This document shows, in pieces, positions 8,628-18,936 of a stretch of 64,000 bases of DNA; the stretch's first letter is position 1, and every line of letters starts with the position of its first letter. The position numbers and the translations under genes were made by a program. The DNA is from Patescibacteria group bacterium (lineage in GTDB: Bacteria > Patescibacteriota > Patescibacteriia > GWA2-46-9). The stretch lies in the NCBI GenBank assembly GCA_041660005.1, contig JBAZXG010000001.1, positions 4,253 to 68,252 on the forward strand, in the 5' to 3' direction. Under the pieces are notes generated by a model. The model did no database searches and was not told where the DNA came from. It was given only the letters and a program-made list of their open reading frames with translations.

Positions 8628-9207
8628 GCTCTGCTGCTTCGTTAGCCGGCTGCTGTTCGTTGTCTTCGGCAAGTAGGCGTTCAACAACCTCAGGGTTATG
8701 CAAGGATATATACTCAGGCAAATCCTGAATACTCGTAAGCCCAAGATGGCGAACAAAATCTGACGAGACCGCGTAGTACGTAACCAAACGCCGCTTGTCT
8801 TCCTCGGCGATCACAAGACCCCGCATCATCAAGTTTCTTAAAATGAGACTACAATTTACACCACGAATTTTTTCAAGATCTGATTTCATGATTGGGCCGC
8901 GGTAGGCAATAATTGACAACGTCTCTAACGCTGGTCGCGTCAACTCCCCGCTGGTTTCTGCTTTTAGGAATGTCTGTACCACTGCTCCACACTCTGCTGC
9001 GGTAACGAACTGCAGTTCTTTACCATGGCGCAATATCTGAACACCGCCCTGCCTCACGTTGTACTCGCTTAACAATGCATCCACAGCATCGCTGACCTCA
9101 GTCTCTTCCGTCTCTAAAATTCCGGCGAGCTGCTTAATAGTCAGCGGTCGTGAGGCAACGAAAAGAATTGCTTCAATACTATTCTTGAGTGACATAGCTC
9201 TCTTCAT
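8617..9207 (-). CDS. scpB: Segregation and condensation protein B
   Basis: EAILFVASRPLTIKQLAGIL..., typical ScpB winged-helix tandem. Adjacent to scpA. Confidence 0.85.
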   Translation of the reverse strand: MKRAMSLKNSIEAILFVASRPLTIKQLAGILETEETEVSDAVDALLSEYNVRQGGVQILRHGKELQFVTAAECGAVVQTFLKAETSGELTRPALETLSIIAYRGPIMKSDLEKIRGVNCSLILRNLMMRGLVIAEEDKRRLVTYYAVSSDFVRHLGLTSIQDLPEYISLHNPEVVERLLAEDNEQQPANEAAEHVT

Positions 9208-9913
9208 AGTGAGTAATAAGAATGATGTCCGTATCCTTGTCTTGAGTAACCAATACGTGCCGCTGTTTAACGAGCTCCAGGAGCGCTAAGAAACTCACAA
9301 TAACTTCGACTCTCGTTTTAGCATCGGCTAAAATCTGACGAAAATCAAGCTGATGCGCAGAGGAGATGAGTGTCCGCATGGCTCGAATGCGCTCTTGCAA
9401 ACTTATCGTTCGGCTAATGAGCTCGGGTGCTGGACGCACAAACGACTCGAGTTCTGCAATAATAACAGCAAAAATGTTACCAAGGTGGTCGACGGCGAGC
9501 GAGGGCGGCGGACTAAATGAAATGACCGTTGAACGTGGTGCGCGTTCTCGCGCAAAGCAGGTCAGTGGGCTCCTGTACTGCTTATAAAGCTTCATACCTG
9601 CGGCAACATATAACCGGTATAAGACGAGCTGCGAAGTTAGATCAACCCCCGCTTCAGCTTCTTCGTCTTCGATAAATAACTGCGGCAAAAGTACGCGAGA
9701 TTTAAGCAGCAACAAACGTGCCGCCACCACAAGGAAATCGGCCAACTCTTCAGGTCGTAGGTCACTATTTTTATCGAGGTATTCAAGATACTGTTCCGTC
9801 ACCGAAGCCAGTGAAACATCGGTAATCGTCAGTTCATTGTGCTCGATCAGTTGCAACAGTAAATCAAGCGGTCCCTCAAAACGTTCTAGCTTGAACTTGT
9901 ACATGAAAAGCAA
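9179..9913 (-). CDS. scpA: Segregation and condensation protein A
   Basis: FEGPLDLLLQLIEHNELTITDVSLASVTEQYLEYL, the ScpA N-terminal motif. Confidence 0.85.
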   Translation of the reverse strand: MLFMYKFKLERFEGPLDLLLQLIEHNELTITDVSLASVTEQYLEYLDKNSDLRPEELADFLVVAARLLLLKSRVLLPQLFIEDEEAEAGVDLTSQLVLYRLYVAAGMKLYKQYRSPLTCFARERAPRSTVISFSPPPSLAVDHLGNIFAVIIAELESFVRPAPELISRTISLQERIRAMRTLISSAHQLDFRQILADAKTRVEVIVSFLALLELVKQRHVLVTQDKDTDIILITHYEESYVTQE

Positions 9914-9918
9914 AGTCT

Positions 9919-10416
9919 CTAGCGCAGCTTCGACTTATTGGCAAAGACAGCAATTTTTCCATTACTTGCTTTAACAAAATCCTTCCCTTTGATGAGGAGT
10001 GAATCGGTGAAACTGCCGCTGCGAGCAACTATTTTTTTTACTTTAAGCAAGGTTTTATCGATCAAAACCGGAATGTTAGCATGTACTGGCCCAAAGGCAG
10101 TCATGGCGCCTGCTTTCACTTTAAAAACTTTTGCCATAACGGACTCGTTCACTATGCTAATTTTTTTTACCTTCAGTATCTTTTTAAGCTTTGGCAAATT
10201 GAGCTGGTGAGAAGCAGGCAGCAGCACCATGATGTATTTACTCTTCGTCTCCCCATAGAGCGGCTCAACTTTTAACAAGACGGTTTTAGCAATTTGTTCA
10301 AGTTTTAAACCCGTTGTTTTAGCGAGGTCATAAGCCGTATAAACTGTTTTATGAACAATAACTTCGGTATCAACTTCAATCTTTTTTAGATACGTCTGAA
10401 TTTTTTTGGGGATCAT
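9919..10416 (-). CDS. YbaK/ProX-type aminoacyl-tRNA deacylase domain protein
   Basis: Layout of YbaK-like proline-editing domains (…VHKTV…, GxxxFGP…). It sits next to aspS. Confidence 0.65.
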   Translation of the reverse strand: MIPKKIQTYLKKIEVDTEVIVHKTVYTAYDLAKTTGLKLEQIAKTVLLKVEPLYGETKSKYIMVLLPASHQLNLPKLKKILKVKKISIVNESVMAKVFKVKAGAMTAFGPVHANIPVLIDKTLLKVKKIVARSGSFTDSLLIKGKDFVKASNGKIAVFANKSKLR

Positions 10417-10437
10417 ACGATAATTAAGTAATCCGCA

Positions 10438-10468
10438 CTAGGCGGATCCGCCGTTGGCGGAAAAAACA
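10438..10468 (-). terminator. GGCGGATCCGCC double-hairpin element (TCCGC-ACTAG-GCGGATCCGCC-GTTG-GCGGA) downstream of aspS
   Basis: Two tandem GC hairpins followed by an A-run on the plus strand. Member of a 3-copy repeat family. Confidence 0.4.
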
Positions 10469-10481
10469 AAAAGCAAAAGAG

Positions 10482-11891
10482 CTACTTAATAAATTTGATG
10501 TGTAAATCCTTAAGCTGAGCATCGGCAAAAGAGCTCGGTGCACCCATCAGTAAGTCGCGAGCGTCTCCGGTTTTGGGGAACGGAATGACTTCGCGGATGT
10601 TCGGCTCGTTTGCAAGGAGCATAATAAGCCGGTCGAGACCCGGAGCAAAGCCGCCATGTGGAGGTGCACCATACTCAAAGGCTTCAAGCATGTGACCAAA
10701 TTTTTCCTGCATTCTTTCCTCGGAAAAACCAAGAATTTTAAATATGCGATCCTGTAATTCGCGTTCATGAATTCTAATAGATCCACTCGACAACTCGCAC
10801 CCATTCAAAACAAAATCATAAGACCAGGCGCGCACACGCAAAGGATCTGATTCTAAATATTTTTCATCTTCTGGATTCGGACGCGTAAAAGGATGGTGCG
10901 CGGCTTGCAACGCCCCTTGGCTATCTTTTTCAAACATTGGAAAATCAATCACCCAGCAAAAGGCAAGCTCCTTGGGGTTGGACTTGTCTTTCCTTAAGTC
11001 TGGTTTATCGCTACCATATTTTTCCATCGACTCAGCATAGGTTATGCGGGGCCAAGGCTTGGTCGTAATAGTATAACCACCGCCCTCTTCGTTTAAGGAA
11101 TCGATCAGCGTATTCATCATGGCCTCACCAAATTCCAAAATGTCGTCTTGCTCCACAAAACTCATTTCGATATCTAATTGCGTAAATTCTGGTTGGCGAT
11201 CGCCGCGCTGATCTTCGTCCCTGAAACACCGGGCAATTTGAAAATAGCGTTCTACACCGGCAACCATGAGTAACTGTTTAAACTGTTGCGGTGACTGCGG
11301 TAAAACATACCCCAGACCCGAATGAAGTCGCGACGGAACCATAAATTCTCGCGCACCTTCTGGGGTACCTTTTGTTAAAATTGGTGTTTCAACTTCCAAG
11401 AAATCTTGCCCTCGCAAATATCTCCTGAAAAAATCGATAATGCGGTCGCGCAAAATCAGATTAGTCTGCATTCTCTCTGTGCGGAGATCGAGATAGCGAT
11501 ATTTAAGCCGGACATCTTCGCTAACACCGCTCGAATCTTTATCTAGTTCAAATGGCGGCGTTTTGGCAGCGTTCAAAATAACTACTTTGCTCGCCAGGAC
11601 TTCTATGTTGCCAGTGGCTAAATTCGGGTTTTCATTTCCTGCTTTGCGCGCTTGAACGACGCCCACCACTTGCACGACGGTCTCTGGACGAATGGCTTCT
11701 TTTAAATTGTTACGCTCGCTTTCTTCAAAATCTTTCTCGCGAATGACCACCTGCACAAGATCACGCCGATTCCTGAGATCAATAAAAATGAGCGGCCCGT
11801 GGTCGCGACGGCGATGCACCCAACCGGCAAGTTTGACTGTTGTTCCTGGTTCAACACTGAGAAGCCCAGAAACGGTGTGCGTTCTTAGCAT
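10482..11891 (-). CDS. aspS: Aspartyl-tRNA synthetase, short archaeal/non-discriminating type (no GAD insertion)
   Basis: MLRTH..., FIDLR anticodon-binding OB fold, class II motif 2 FRDEDQRGDRQPEFTQLDIEMSF, motif 3 GGFAPGLDRLIMLL. Length is 469 aa. Confidence 0.85.
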   Translation of the reverse strand: MLRTHTVSGLLSVEPGTTVKLAGWVHRRRDHGPLIFIDLRNRRDLVQVVIREKDFEESERNNLKEAIRPETVVQVVGVVQARKAGNENPNLATGNIEVLASKVVILNAAKTPPFELDKDSSGVSEDVRLKYRYLDLRTERMQTNLILRDRIIDFFRRYLRGQDFLEVETPILTKGTPEGAREFMVPSRLHSGLGYVLPQSPQQFKQLLMVAGVERYFQIARCFRDEDQRGDRQPEFTQLDIEMSFVEQDDILEFGEAMMNTLIDSLNEEGGGYTITTKPWPRITYAESMEKYGSDKPDLRKDKSNPKELAFCWVIDFPMFEKDSQGALQAAHHPFTRPNPEDEKYLESDPLRVRAWSYDFVLNGCELSSGSIRIHERELQDRIFKILGFSEERMQEKFGHMLEAFEYGAPPHGGFAPGLDRLIMLLANEPNIREVIPFPKTGDARDLLMGAPSSFADAQLKDLHIKFIK

Positions 11892-12141
11892 AATAGCATT
11901 TATAGTACTAAAAAAAGGGACTTTGGTAAAGCGACGAGATTGGAAGATATGTTTAAAAAATACATCTAAAATACTTAATTAATGCTTGGGGCGGGTCGAT
12001 CATTGCTGATCTTCCCGCCCCACTGCGTCTACTGCTCGGCCGCCTCCTTTGGCCGAGACTTACTTCTTCTCATAAATTCAAAGACCCCGGCACCACTGTT
12101 AGTTTCAAGCAGTGCGGGGGTCTTCTGATTGGTGTGTCGTT

Positions 12142-12450
12142 CTAACGACTGACGAAGGTCACCTTCGGTTTAATGCCGAAGGTCTCTTCGATCGCAGTCG
12201 CCAGTACCCACAGGTGTCCTTCACCCATGGGAACGGAAACGTGGAATTGTCCGACGACCTGACCATCTCGGTCGGTCGGCTTCTCAAGCACGCGCCCGAT
12301 GGGCGTGCTCGTGATTGTTGACGGGTTGAAAAGGATACGCCGCCACAGTGAATGGTGGCAGACTCGCACTTTCATGACGCACCCGCCTTCAAGCACGGCG
12401 AGACCGAGCTCTCGCAGCTTTTCCTGGTACCAGGCTTCGAAGTCTGACAT
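12142..12450 (-). CDS. Hypothetical protein on a GC-rich cassette
   Basis: ORF in a roughly 57% GC segment. Flanked downstream by strong hairpins at 11995-12035 and 12083-12125. Confidence 0.4.
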   Translation of the reverse strand: MSDFEAWYQEKLRELGLAVLEGGCVMKVRVCHHSLWRRILFNPSTITSTPIGRVLEKPTDRDGQVVGQFHVSVPMGEGHLWVLATAIEETFGIKPKVTFVSR

Positions 12451-12517
12451 CTAGTGTTTCCCCTTGTTGCGTCCTGAGGTCAGTGAAGTTGTTGGTCGCG
12501 CGGTCGGTAGGCCTTCC

Positions 12518-13087
12518 TTACGCCCGGCTCTGCGTCGCGTCGAGTGCCCGCAGGGCTTTCTTGAGACGCCTCGCTGCGTCTTCCTTCTTTGCCCCACCTT
12601 CTTTCAGCAGACGCCGGAAACCTGCGAATACGTCGCAAATCCGGTACCAGTAGCATTCCGTCTCGCTCTCCGTATCACTCAGTGAGCATGTGAGGTGATA
12701 GTGATTTCCGCCATGTTCGCATGGCAGCGCTGAGAAGAGCTTCCCGTTCCTTCGAAGAAATAGAACTGTCCCAGCCATCTCCGTCTCAACACAGACGGCG
12801 ATGCGAGCAGCCCGAACCTGCTCAATGCGCTCGCGGTAGTTCTTGTCCATACACTGTGGATAGAATTCATCAGTTACGGACACAGGTTCGTCAACGAACG
12901 GCAGGAAGGGCTTGACCACGCGGATGTTTTCCGCGATCGCTTGCTTGAGCCGTTCCCACAGTTGGGTCGCTTTTTCTTGCCCCATCCCTTCGTTGATCTG
13001 GTAGATGGTTCCTTGGAGACTTCGGAATTTGCGTCCACAAATGAGCGTACTCATTGTCTCGCGAACGCGGTTGAAGAACTTTTTCAT
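12518..13087 (-). CDS. Hypothetical protein, 189 aa, on a GC-rich cassette
   Basis: Longest ORF of the locally GC-rich segment. No recognisable motifs. Confidence 0.45.
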   Translation of the reverse strand: MKKFFNRVRETMSTLICGRKFRSLQGTIYQINEGMGQEKATQLWERLKQAIAENIRVVKPFLPFVDEPVSVTDEFYPQCMDKNYRERIEQVRAARIAVCVETEMAGTVLFLRRNGKLFSALPCEHGGNHYHLTCSLSDTESETECYWYRICDVFAGFRRLLKEGGAKKEDAARRLKKALRALDATQSRA

Positions 13088-13329
13088 GGCTCTCCTTTTG
13101 AGTTCAGACCGTGTGCCTCATTGCACAGCGGCTAACCATTTCATGGAACTCTATGGTCAGCCAATAATAAACATTACTATTTACTCTTGGCTGACCACGA
13201 GAATAATTGTTAAAGAACGTCACACGATACCATGTTTGTCTAGCTGTGTCAATCGTTCAATAGAAACGGAGAATAGAACCCCCCTTCTGGGAAGGGGCAG
13301 AACGACAACAAAAATGTTTGCCAAAAATC

Positions 13330-13671
13330 CTACCTTTTCCCAGAAGTGGTTACGGTATGATGACTATTATTTTTTATTGTGCGGCGGTAACCACCAACTC
13401 CGTCAATTAAAAAACGAGCGACACGGGTTACGGTTGTTGTACTGGCACCAGTGGCATTAGTAATTTCACGATAGGTACGCCCGCGACTGACTTGGTATGC
13501 GACCTCAAGCCGTTCGCTCAAAGCCTGTAGCTCAGCCAAGGTTGCCACGTCCCGTAAAAAATCTGCAACTGCAGCCTCTGATCGACACGACAAAAATGCC
13601 CGACAAAGTTGCCGAAACCATTGATTTTGTCGATATTCATTTTCTAAAAATCTCTTCCTTGCCATAGACAT
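13330..13671 (-). CDS. TrpR-like YerC/YecD family DNA-binding protein
   Basis: C-terminal HTH RTYREITNATGASTTTVTRVARFL, typical of the YerC/YecD (Trp repressor-like) family. Confidence 0.6.
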   Translation of the reverse strand: MSMARKRFLENEYRQNQWFRQLCRAFLSCRSEAAVADFLRDVATLAELQALSERLEVAYQVSRGRTYREITNATGASTTTVTRVARFLIDGVGGYRRTIKNNSHHTVTTSGKR

Positions 13672-13875
13672 CCCCTACTATAACGTCCCCCTTTTTTTCT
13701 GTCAACGTTTTATCGCGTTGGTACAGAAAGGAAAGTAATAGCTAAGCACAGAAAATAAAAAAATAATAATTTCAACAACACTACGTACAACTACAGACAA
13801 CGCCAATACGAACCAGGGCTAAATAGACCGTATCACTTGCACTTTAACGAAAGTGACAACGCCCTAAACGTTTAC

Positions 13876-14664
13876 CTACACCGCCGTCTGCCAAAAGGCA
13901 CCTCCGGCCGCAATATCGAAACGCTCTTCCATCAACGCTTCGATAGCTCCGGCAATGTTTGAGAAAACTGATGGCGTCGTGTTGAGGCGCAGCGCATCTT
14001 CGAGCGGGGCCTGCGCCATGTAGTGAAGCCCTTTCAGGGCGGCGGGCAAAAGCACAATACCTGATTCGCTACCTGATGTAGCTCGACAATTCTCATGAAT
14101 AACAACGCCACGGCGCGGGAACAGGATAACGGCTTCACTGCGTGCATGCCGAGAGCAAACCGCGCAATGCGTTAAGGTTGGTCTATAGCCAGATAGCGCC
14201 ATTAACTTCCAGGCAAAAAAATGTGGTGTGATACGCAGCGTTGCTTCACGGCAAGTTTGATCGTCAAGAATACCCAAGGCCGAGAGCAAAAAAGAAAAAA
14301 ATTGCTCATCAGTGTTTTCATAAGGCGCCATGAGTTCTGCGATGCGAACAATAAGACCGGCCGCAAACAATCGACGAATATCAGAACGGATTACCGAAAA
14401 CCGATTCTCAACAACACTCCCGCCGACCAAACGACGAGTGCGTCCATCAATGAAAAAAAGTTCAACTAATGTTATCGGCTCAAGGTGCGCCGCCAGTTTA
14501 CTGGTGGGTTTTTGTAACCCTCGTGCAATGGCATCAATCTTACCATGCGAGGCGGTAAAAAAAGACAACCGCGCGTCAGCGCCATTGAGCGGGTCATTAC
14601 GTAAAATGATAGCAGCCGTGTTTGTGGTCCTACTCATGTTGCTGGTCAAGATAGGTATCAACAA
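13876..14664 (-). CDS. recO: DNA repair protein RecO
   Basis: N-terminal OB fold and C-terminal zinc finger C..C...C..C (CAVCSRH...HENC). Sits next to ruvX. Confidence 0.75.
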   Translation of the reverse strand: MLIPILTSNMSRTTNTAAIILRNDPLNGADARLSFFTASHGKIDAIARGLQKPTSKLAAHLEPITLVELFFIDGRTRRLVGGSVVENRFSVIRSDIRRLFAAGLIVRIAELMAPYENTDEQFFSFLLSALGILDDQTCREATLRITPHFFAWKLMALSGYRPTLTHCAVCSRHARSEAVILFPRRGVVIHENCRATSGSESGIVLLPAALKGLHYMAQAPLEDALRLNTTPSVFSNIAGAIEALMEERFDIAAGGAFWQTAV

Positions 14665-15034
14665 TGAGCATAGCAGCTAACGCGTGTTCATCCGCCTCTG
14701 GTACTTCTCGCCGAAGGACGCCGGCTGCTAAACTGGTAAAACGTTCGTCAACTTCTACGACAGGGATCGTAAGTTTTTTTCTAAGAACATCGGAGAACGC
14801 CTCCGTTTCTGAGCGAAAACCACCCCCTGTTTCTTGCTCAGGCCGCTGAGCACGTGGCGACCCGACTACCACCACCCCTACTGATTCCTCTTGGATCATT
14901 TTTGCAATGGCATCAATCAACTGATTTTCATTCAACCCAGAAAGTGTCTTGTGTGGTAAGGCAAGTCGCGGCTCATCATGACCAAGAGCAATACCAACAT
15001 GCACTCTGCCATAATCAATGCCGAGTATCGTCAC
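14630..15034 (-). CDS. ruvX: Putative pre-16S rRNA nuclease / Holliday junction resolvase-like YqgF
   Basis: MTILGIDYGRVHVGIALG... RNase H-like YqgF signature. Confidence 0.85.
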   Translation of the reverse strand: MTILGIDYGRVHVGIALGHDEPRLALPHKTLSGLNENQLIDAIAKMIQEESVGVVVVGSPRAQRPEQETGGGFRSETEAFSDVLRKKLTIPVVEVDERFTSLAAGVLRREVPEADEHALAAMLIVDTYLDQQHE

Positions 15035-15813
15035 AGAAATGGTGTTAAAATTTTGACGCCTTCTCTTGTAACGGCAATCGTTTGTTCAAAATGCGCAGAG
15101 AGTGAATGATCCGCCGTTACCACCGTCCAACCATCTTGCAAAATAGCGATATCAGGACCGCCAGCGTTAACCATAGGTTCAATAGCAATAACCGTACCAA
15201 CGGGTAATACCACGTTGCCAATGATGCCGCGCACTACGAAATTTGGCACCTCCGGCTCCTCGTGCACATGCTTCCCTACTCCATGGCCAACATACTCCCG
15301 TACGACACTGTAGCCCTTAGACAAAACATACTTTTCAACTGCCTCGCCAATGTCCCGCACTCGACAGTCCTGTCTGACCGCAGCAACACCGCGAGCTAAT
15401 GCTTCTCTGGTCGCTGCCACTAATCGTGATGCTGTGGGCGAGACTTTGCCAACCTCAACCGTAATAGCGGTATCGGTGCAAAGTCCACCCTTGGCAGGGT
15501 AACGCATGCCGATATCTATGCCAACAATATCGCCGTCGTTCAAAATCCTGTCAGGATAAGCCGGACCATGTACGACTTCATTATTGATAGAAACACACAA
15601 GGTTGACGGGAACGGTGTCAGGCCGACATTGCCGCGGTAGTGCAAAAAGGTTGGCGTGCCACCCACATTGCGAATAGCATCATGGGCAAACGTGTCTAGC
15701 GCTTTGGTGCTGACCCCTGGTCGTACTAACCTCGCAACATCACGCAGAATTTCAGCTAAACGAATACCGCACTCAGCAATAACCGCAATTTCCTTTTCGC
15801 TATAAGTCGCCAT
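15031..15813 (-). CDS. map: Methionine aminopeptidase type I
   Basis: Pita-bread metal ligands: DGDIVGIDIG, VGHGVGK.H, EPM... Confidence 0.9.
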   Translation of the reverse strand: MATYSEKEIAVIAECGIRLAEILRDVARLVRPGVSTKALDTFAHDAIRNVGGTPTFLHYRGNVGLTPFPSTLCVSINNEVVHGPAYPDRILNDGDIVGIDIGMRYPAKGGLCTDTAITVEVGKVSPTASRLVAATREALARGVAAVRQDCRVRDIGEAVEKYVLSKGYSVVREYVGHGVGKHVHEEPEVPNFVVRGIIGNVVLPVGTVIAIEPMVNAGGPDIAILQDGWTVVTADHSLSAHFEQTIAVTREGVKILTPFL

Positions 15814-15815
15814 AG

Positions 15816-16457
15816 CTACACTTTGAGAGCGCTGCGAATGCTGGCAGCCACAACATCAACGGCAGGCGCTGCGTCAACGCGAACTAACTTATGCTGGTTA
15901 TCGTAGTAGCTTAACAACGGTTCCGTTTCTTTGTGGTACAACGCTAGCCGTGCACGAACCGCTTGTTCGTTATCGTCTTCGCGCATATGCAATACTCCTC
16001 CACAGTTGTCGCACACATTTGCAACCGCGGGTTTCTTTGCGGTCAGGTGATAGGTTGCGCCACAACCCGAACAAACAAGACGGCCAGCAATACGCAATAC
16101 TGCATCATCGTCAGTCAGTTCCAAAACGATCGCCATGCTCGGTGCTGCTAACGTCTCAAGATATTCGGTTTGGACCAACGTACGTGGATAACCGTCAAGA
16201 ATATACCCATCAAAAAGTATTCGCCGCTGAAACTCTTCACGAACAAGTTTATTAACTGAATCATCGGTGACCAACTTCCCAGATTTCATGTCCGCGGCAA
16301 TCGCTTTCCCAAGTGGCGTGGCATTTTGAATAGCATTACGAAAAAGTTCACCGGTAGAGATATGCTGTATGTGCAGATACTCCGCAAGCAAGGCGCTTTG
16401 TGTCCCTTTGCCTGACCCTTGAGGTCCAAACATGACATATCGATGCAATTGCGTCAT
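15816..16457 (-). CDS. adk: Adenylate kinase with zinc-binding lid
   Basis: GPQGSGKGTQS P-loop. LID CSGCG...CDNCGG. Confidence 0.9.
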   Translation of the reverse strand: MTQLHRYVMFGPQGSGKGTQSALLAEYLHIQHISTGELFRNAIQNATPLGKAIAADMKSGKLVTDDSVNKLVREEFQRRILFDGYILDGYPRTLVQTEYLETLAAPSMAIVLELTDDDAVLRIAGRLVCSGCGATYHLTAKKPAVANVCDNCGGVLHMREDDNEQAVRARLALYHKETEPLLSYYDNQHKLVRVDAAPAVDVVAASIRSALKV

Positions 16458-16552
16458 ACGAGAAGTATATCACATGCGGCATTTATCGCCGGCGCAAATG
16501 ATGTTCAGTCTTTCAAATTCTGTAGGACCAACAAACTTAAATTTGAAACCAA

Positions 16553-17893
16553 CTAAAGTGATTCATAGTCGCGCATAACAAGCTGCGCCTGAATTTGCTG
16601 AATGGTTTCAATAACAACCGAAACAACGATGAGAAGCGAGGTACCGCCAATAGCCAGACTGCTAATTCCTGTGATGCGCTGCATAGCGAGCGGCAACACG
16701 GCGATCGCACCTAAAAAGAGCGCACCCGCAAAAATGATACGGTTAATGACATAGTTCAAATAGTGGGCCGTTGGCTGCCCTGGACGAATACCAGGAATAA
16801 AGCCGCCTTGTTTCTGCAAGTTTTCACTAATTTGATCCGGTTGGAAAATCACGGCGGTGTAGAAGTAGGTAAAAATGAAAACTAAGACAAAATAGCTAAC
16901 GGCATAAAATGTTTGGTTTTGAAAGACGCGCGTTACCGTTGAGGCAACATGAGCAATCCAGGCGGTACCGGCGTTGGCAAAAAACTGCGCCACAAGCGGA
17001 GGGAACAGCAAAATAGAAATTGCAAAAATGATAGGAATAACACCCGCTTGGTTAACCCTGAGCGGCAAGTGCGTATCAACGCCGCCATACATACGATTAC
17101 CGCGAATACGTTTAGCGTAAGAAACCGGCACATTGCGTTGTGCCTCAGTAATATAGACAACCCCGTAAATGGTTACAACGGCAATAACCGCAAAAACCAC
17201 CAGATTAATAATTTGACTTTTGTCTATTCCGCCGGTTGGACTGCTGATGAGCGACCAGGTATTACTAGCAGCCGCCGGAAGCGAGGTAATAATACCCGCG
17301 AAGATAAGAAGAGAAATGCCGTTGCCAACGTGTCGTTCGGAAATGAGCTCACCAATCCACATGAGCAGCATGGTACCTGCGGACATGGCAATAACCAGTC
17401 CAAGGTACGTTAACGTATCAAGGTCTCCGGGTAAAATAGGTAAACCACCACTGGCCGATTGCTGGATGAGGCCGATGAGCGCCACCGCCTGCAGGGCAGC
17501 CAACGGTACGGTCGCCCAGCGGGTATACTGGTTAATTTTCTGTCGACCATACTCCCCTTCCTTAGAAAGCTCCTCCAGGCGAGGAATGACCATAGCGAGC
17601 AGCTGAAAAATAATTGAAGCGGTAATGTACGGCGCAACACCCATGGCAACAATGGAGAAGTTCTCAAGTCCGCCACCAGAAAAAATGTTAATAAAACCAA
17701 GAAATTGATTCGACGAGAAAAACGCGCGCAAGTTCTCCTGATCAACACCCGGCAACGGAATGTGCGCAAGCACGCGGAAAATCACTAACATGCCAATCAC
17801 GACCAGCAAGTTACGCCGGAGATCACGAGCCAGCCATATTTGTCGTAATGTCGCGATCATATCAAAAATCTTATGAAGTAACGACCGTACCAC
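16553..17893 (-). CDS. secY: Preprotein translocase subunit SecY
   Basis: 10-TM protein at the canonical position after rplO. GIMPFI-like motifs. Confidence 0.9.
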   Translation of the reverse strand: MVRSLLHKIFDMIATLRQIWLARDLRRNLLVVIGMLVIFRVLAHIPLPGVDQENLRAFFSSNQFLGFINIFSGGGLENFSIVAMGVAPYITASIIFQLLAMVIPRLEELSKEGEYGRQKINQYTRWATVPLAALQAVALIGLIQQSASGGLPILPGDLDTLTYLGLVIAMSAGTMLLMWIGELISERHVGNGISLLIFAGIITSLPAAASNTWSLISSPTGGIDKSQIINLVVFAVIAVVTIYGVVYITEAQRNVPVSYAKRIRGNRMYGGVDTHLPLRVNQAGVIPIIFAISILLFPPLVAQFFANAGTAWIAHVASTVTRVFQNQTFYAVSYFVLVFIFTYFYTAVIFQPDQISENLQKQGGFIPGIRPGQPTAHYLNYVINRIIFAGALFLGAIAVLPLAMQRITGISSLAIGGTSLLIVVSVVIETIQQIQAQLVMRDYESL

Positions 17894-18308
17894 CAGCCTT
17901 AGTAATTGCTTCTTTGGCGCCAGCAGAAACTCGGCATCTGCGGACAGTAATGCTGTGCTTCAAGGTACCGCTGTTGATAATCTTGATGCCGACACCGAAA
18001 GGCACGAGTCCTTTCTTGGCAAGCGTAGCAGGCGTCACGGTTGCACCTGAGACAAATGCTTTACTGATGGCGCCGAGAGTAACCGCAGTGAGCGCTTTGT
18101 CTGCTCGAGAGAAACCACCGGTTTTTGGAATACGTCGGAAGAACTGCTGCATAGCAAGCCGCTTCAATCCGCGTGAACCACCCGTACGCGCTTTCTGCCC
18201 TTTCATGCCACGCCCCGCGAATGTACCGCGACCCGAGCCGTTACCTCGACCCACTCGGCGATGTTTATGTTTTGGAGTTGTCTCCAATGTAGAAAGTGTC
18301 AAAGCCAT
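17871..18308 (-). CDS. rplO: 50S ribosomal protein L15
   Basis: KHKHRRVGRGNGSGRGTFAGRGMKGQK. Confidence 0.9.
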   Translation of the reverse strand: MALTLSTLETTPKHKHRRVGRGNGSGRGTFAGRGMKGQKARTGGSRGLKRLAMQQFFRRIPKTGGFSRADKALTAVTLGAISKAFVSGATVTPATLAKKGLVPFGVGIKIINSGTLKHSITVRRCRVSAGAKEAITKAGGTVVTS

Positions 18309-18310
18309 AA

Positions 18311-18925
18311 TTATGCATCTTTAGCTACACCATTTTTCTTCTGTTCTTTAAATGGTGCGCGCTTAGTGAGTCCTGCAAGCGCCAGTATGGTCGCCCGAGC
18401 ATTATTAATTTTACTGCGTGAACCAAGCATCTTAGCAGCAACATTTGGTACGCCACCCAAGTCAAGAACGCTTCTAACCGCACCGCCGGCAATAATACCC
18501 GTACCCCGAGGAGCGGGCTTCAGTAAAATGCGGGCAGCACCATACTTCATGTGGGTTTCGTGCGGAAGCGTCTCTTCGTACAACGGAATTTCAATCATTT
18601 CCTTCTTGGCGTTAGCAACCGCCTTTGAAATAGCCAAACTGACATCAGCACCCTTGCCAATACCAATACCTACATGACCCTTATGGTCCCCAATGGCAAC
18701 GCAAGCACGGAAACGCATACGCTTTCCTCCTGCCATAACACGTGTCACGCGCGCTAGGTCAATAATATTCTGATCAAACTCCCGGGGCTCGCGCTCAGAA
18801 GAATCACGACGAGACCGACGGCCGGTGTCGCCACCACGGCGTTGACCGCGACCACTTTTTTCTCCCGACTCTTTCGTGTCTTGCGGTACACTCACCGTAA
18901 CTACATTGTCTTTTTCTTCTGCCAT
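18311..18925 (-). CDS. rpsE: 30S ribosomal protein S5, with N-terminal Arg/Glu-rich extension
   Basis: S5 dsRBD and C-terminal domain (GKRMRFRACVAIGDHKGHVGIGIGKG). Directly abuts rplO, with no rpmD/L30 between them. Confidence 0.9.
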   Translation of the reverse strand: MAEEKDNVVTVSVPQDTKESGEKSGRGQRRGGDTGRRSRRDSSEREPREFDQNIIDLARVTRVMAGGKRMRFRACVAIGDHKGHVGIGIGKGADVSLAISKAVANAKKEMIEIPLYEETLPHETHMKYGAARILLKPAPRGTGIIAGGAVRSVLDLGGVPNVAAKMLGSRSKINNARATILALAGLTKRAPFKEQKKNGVAKDA

Positions 18926-18936
18926 ATACGCTACAG

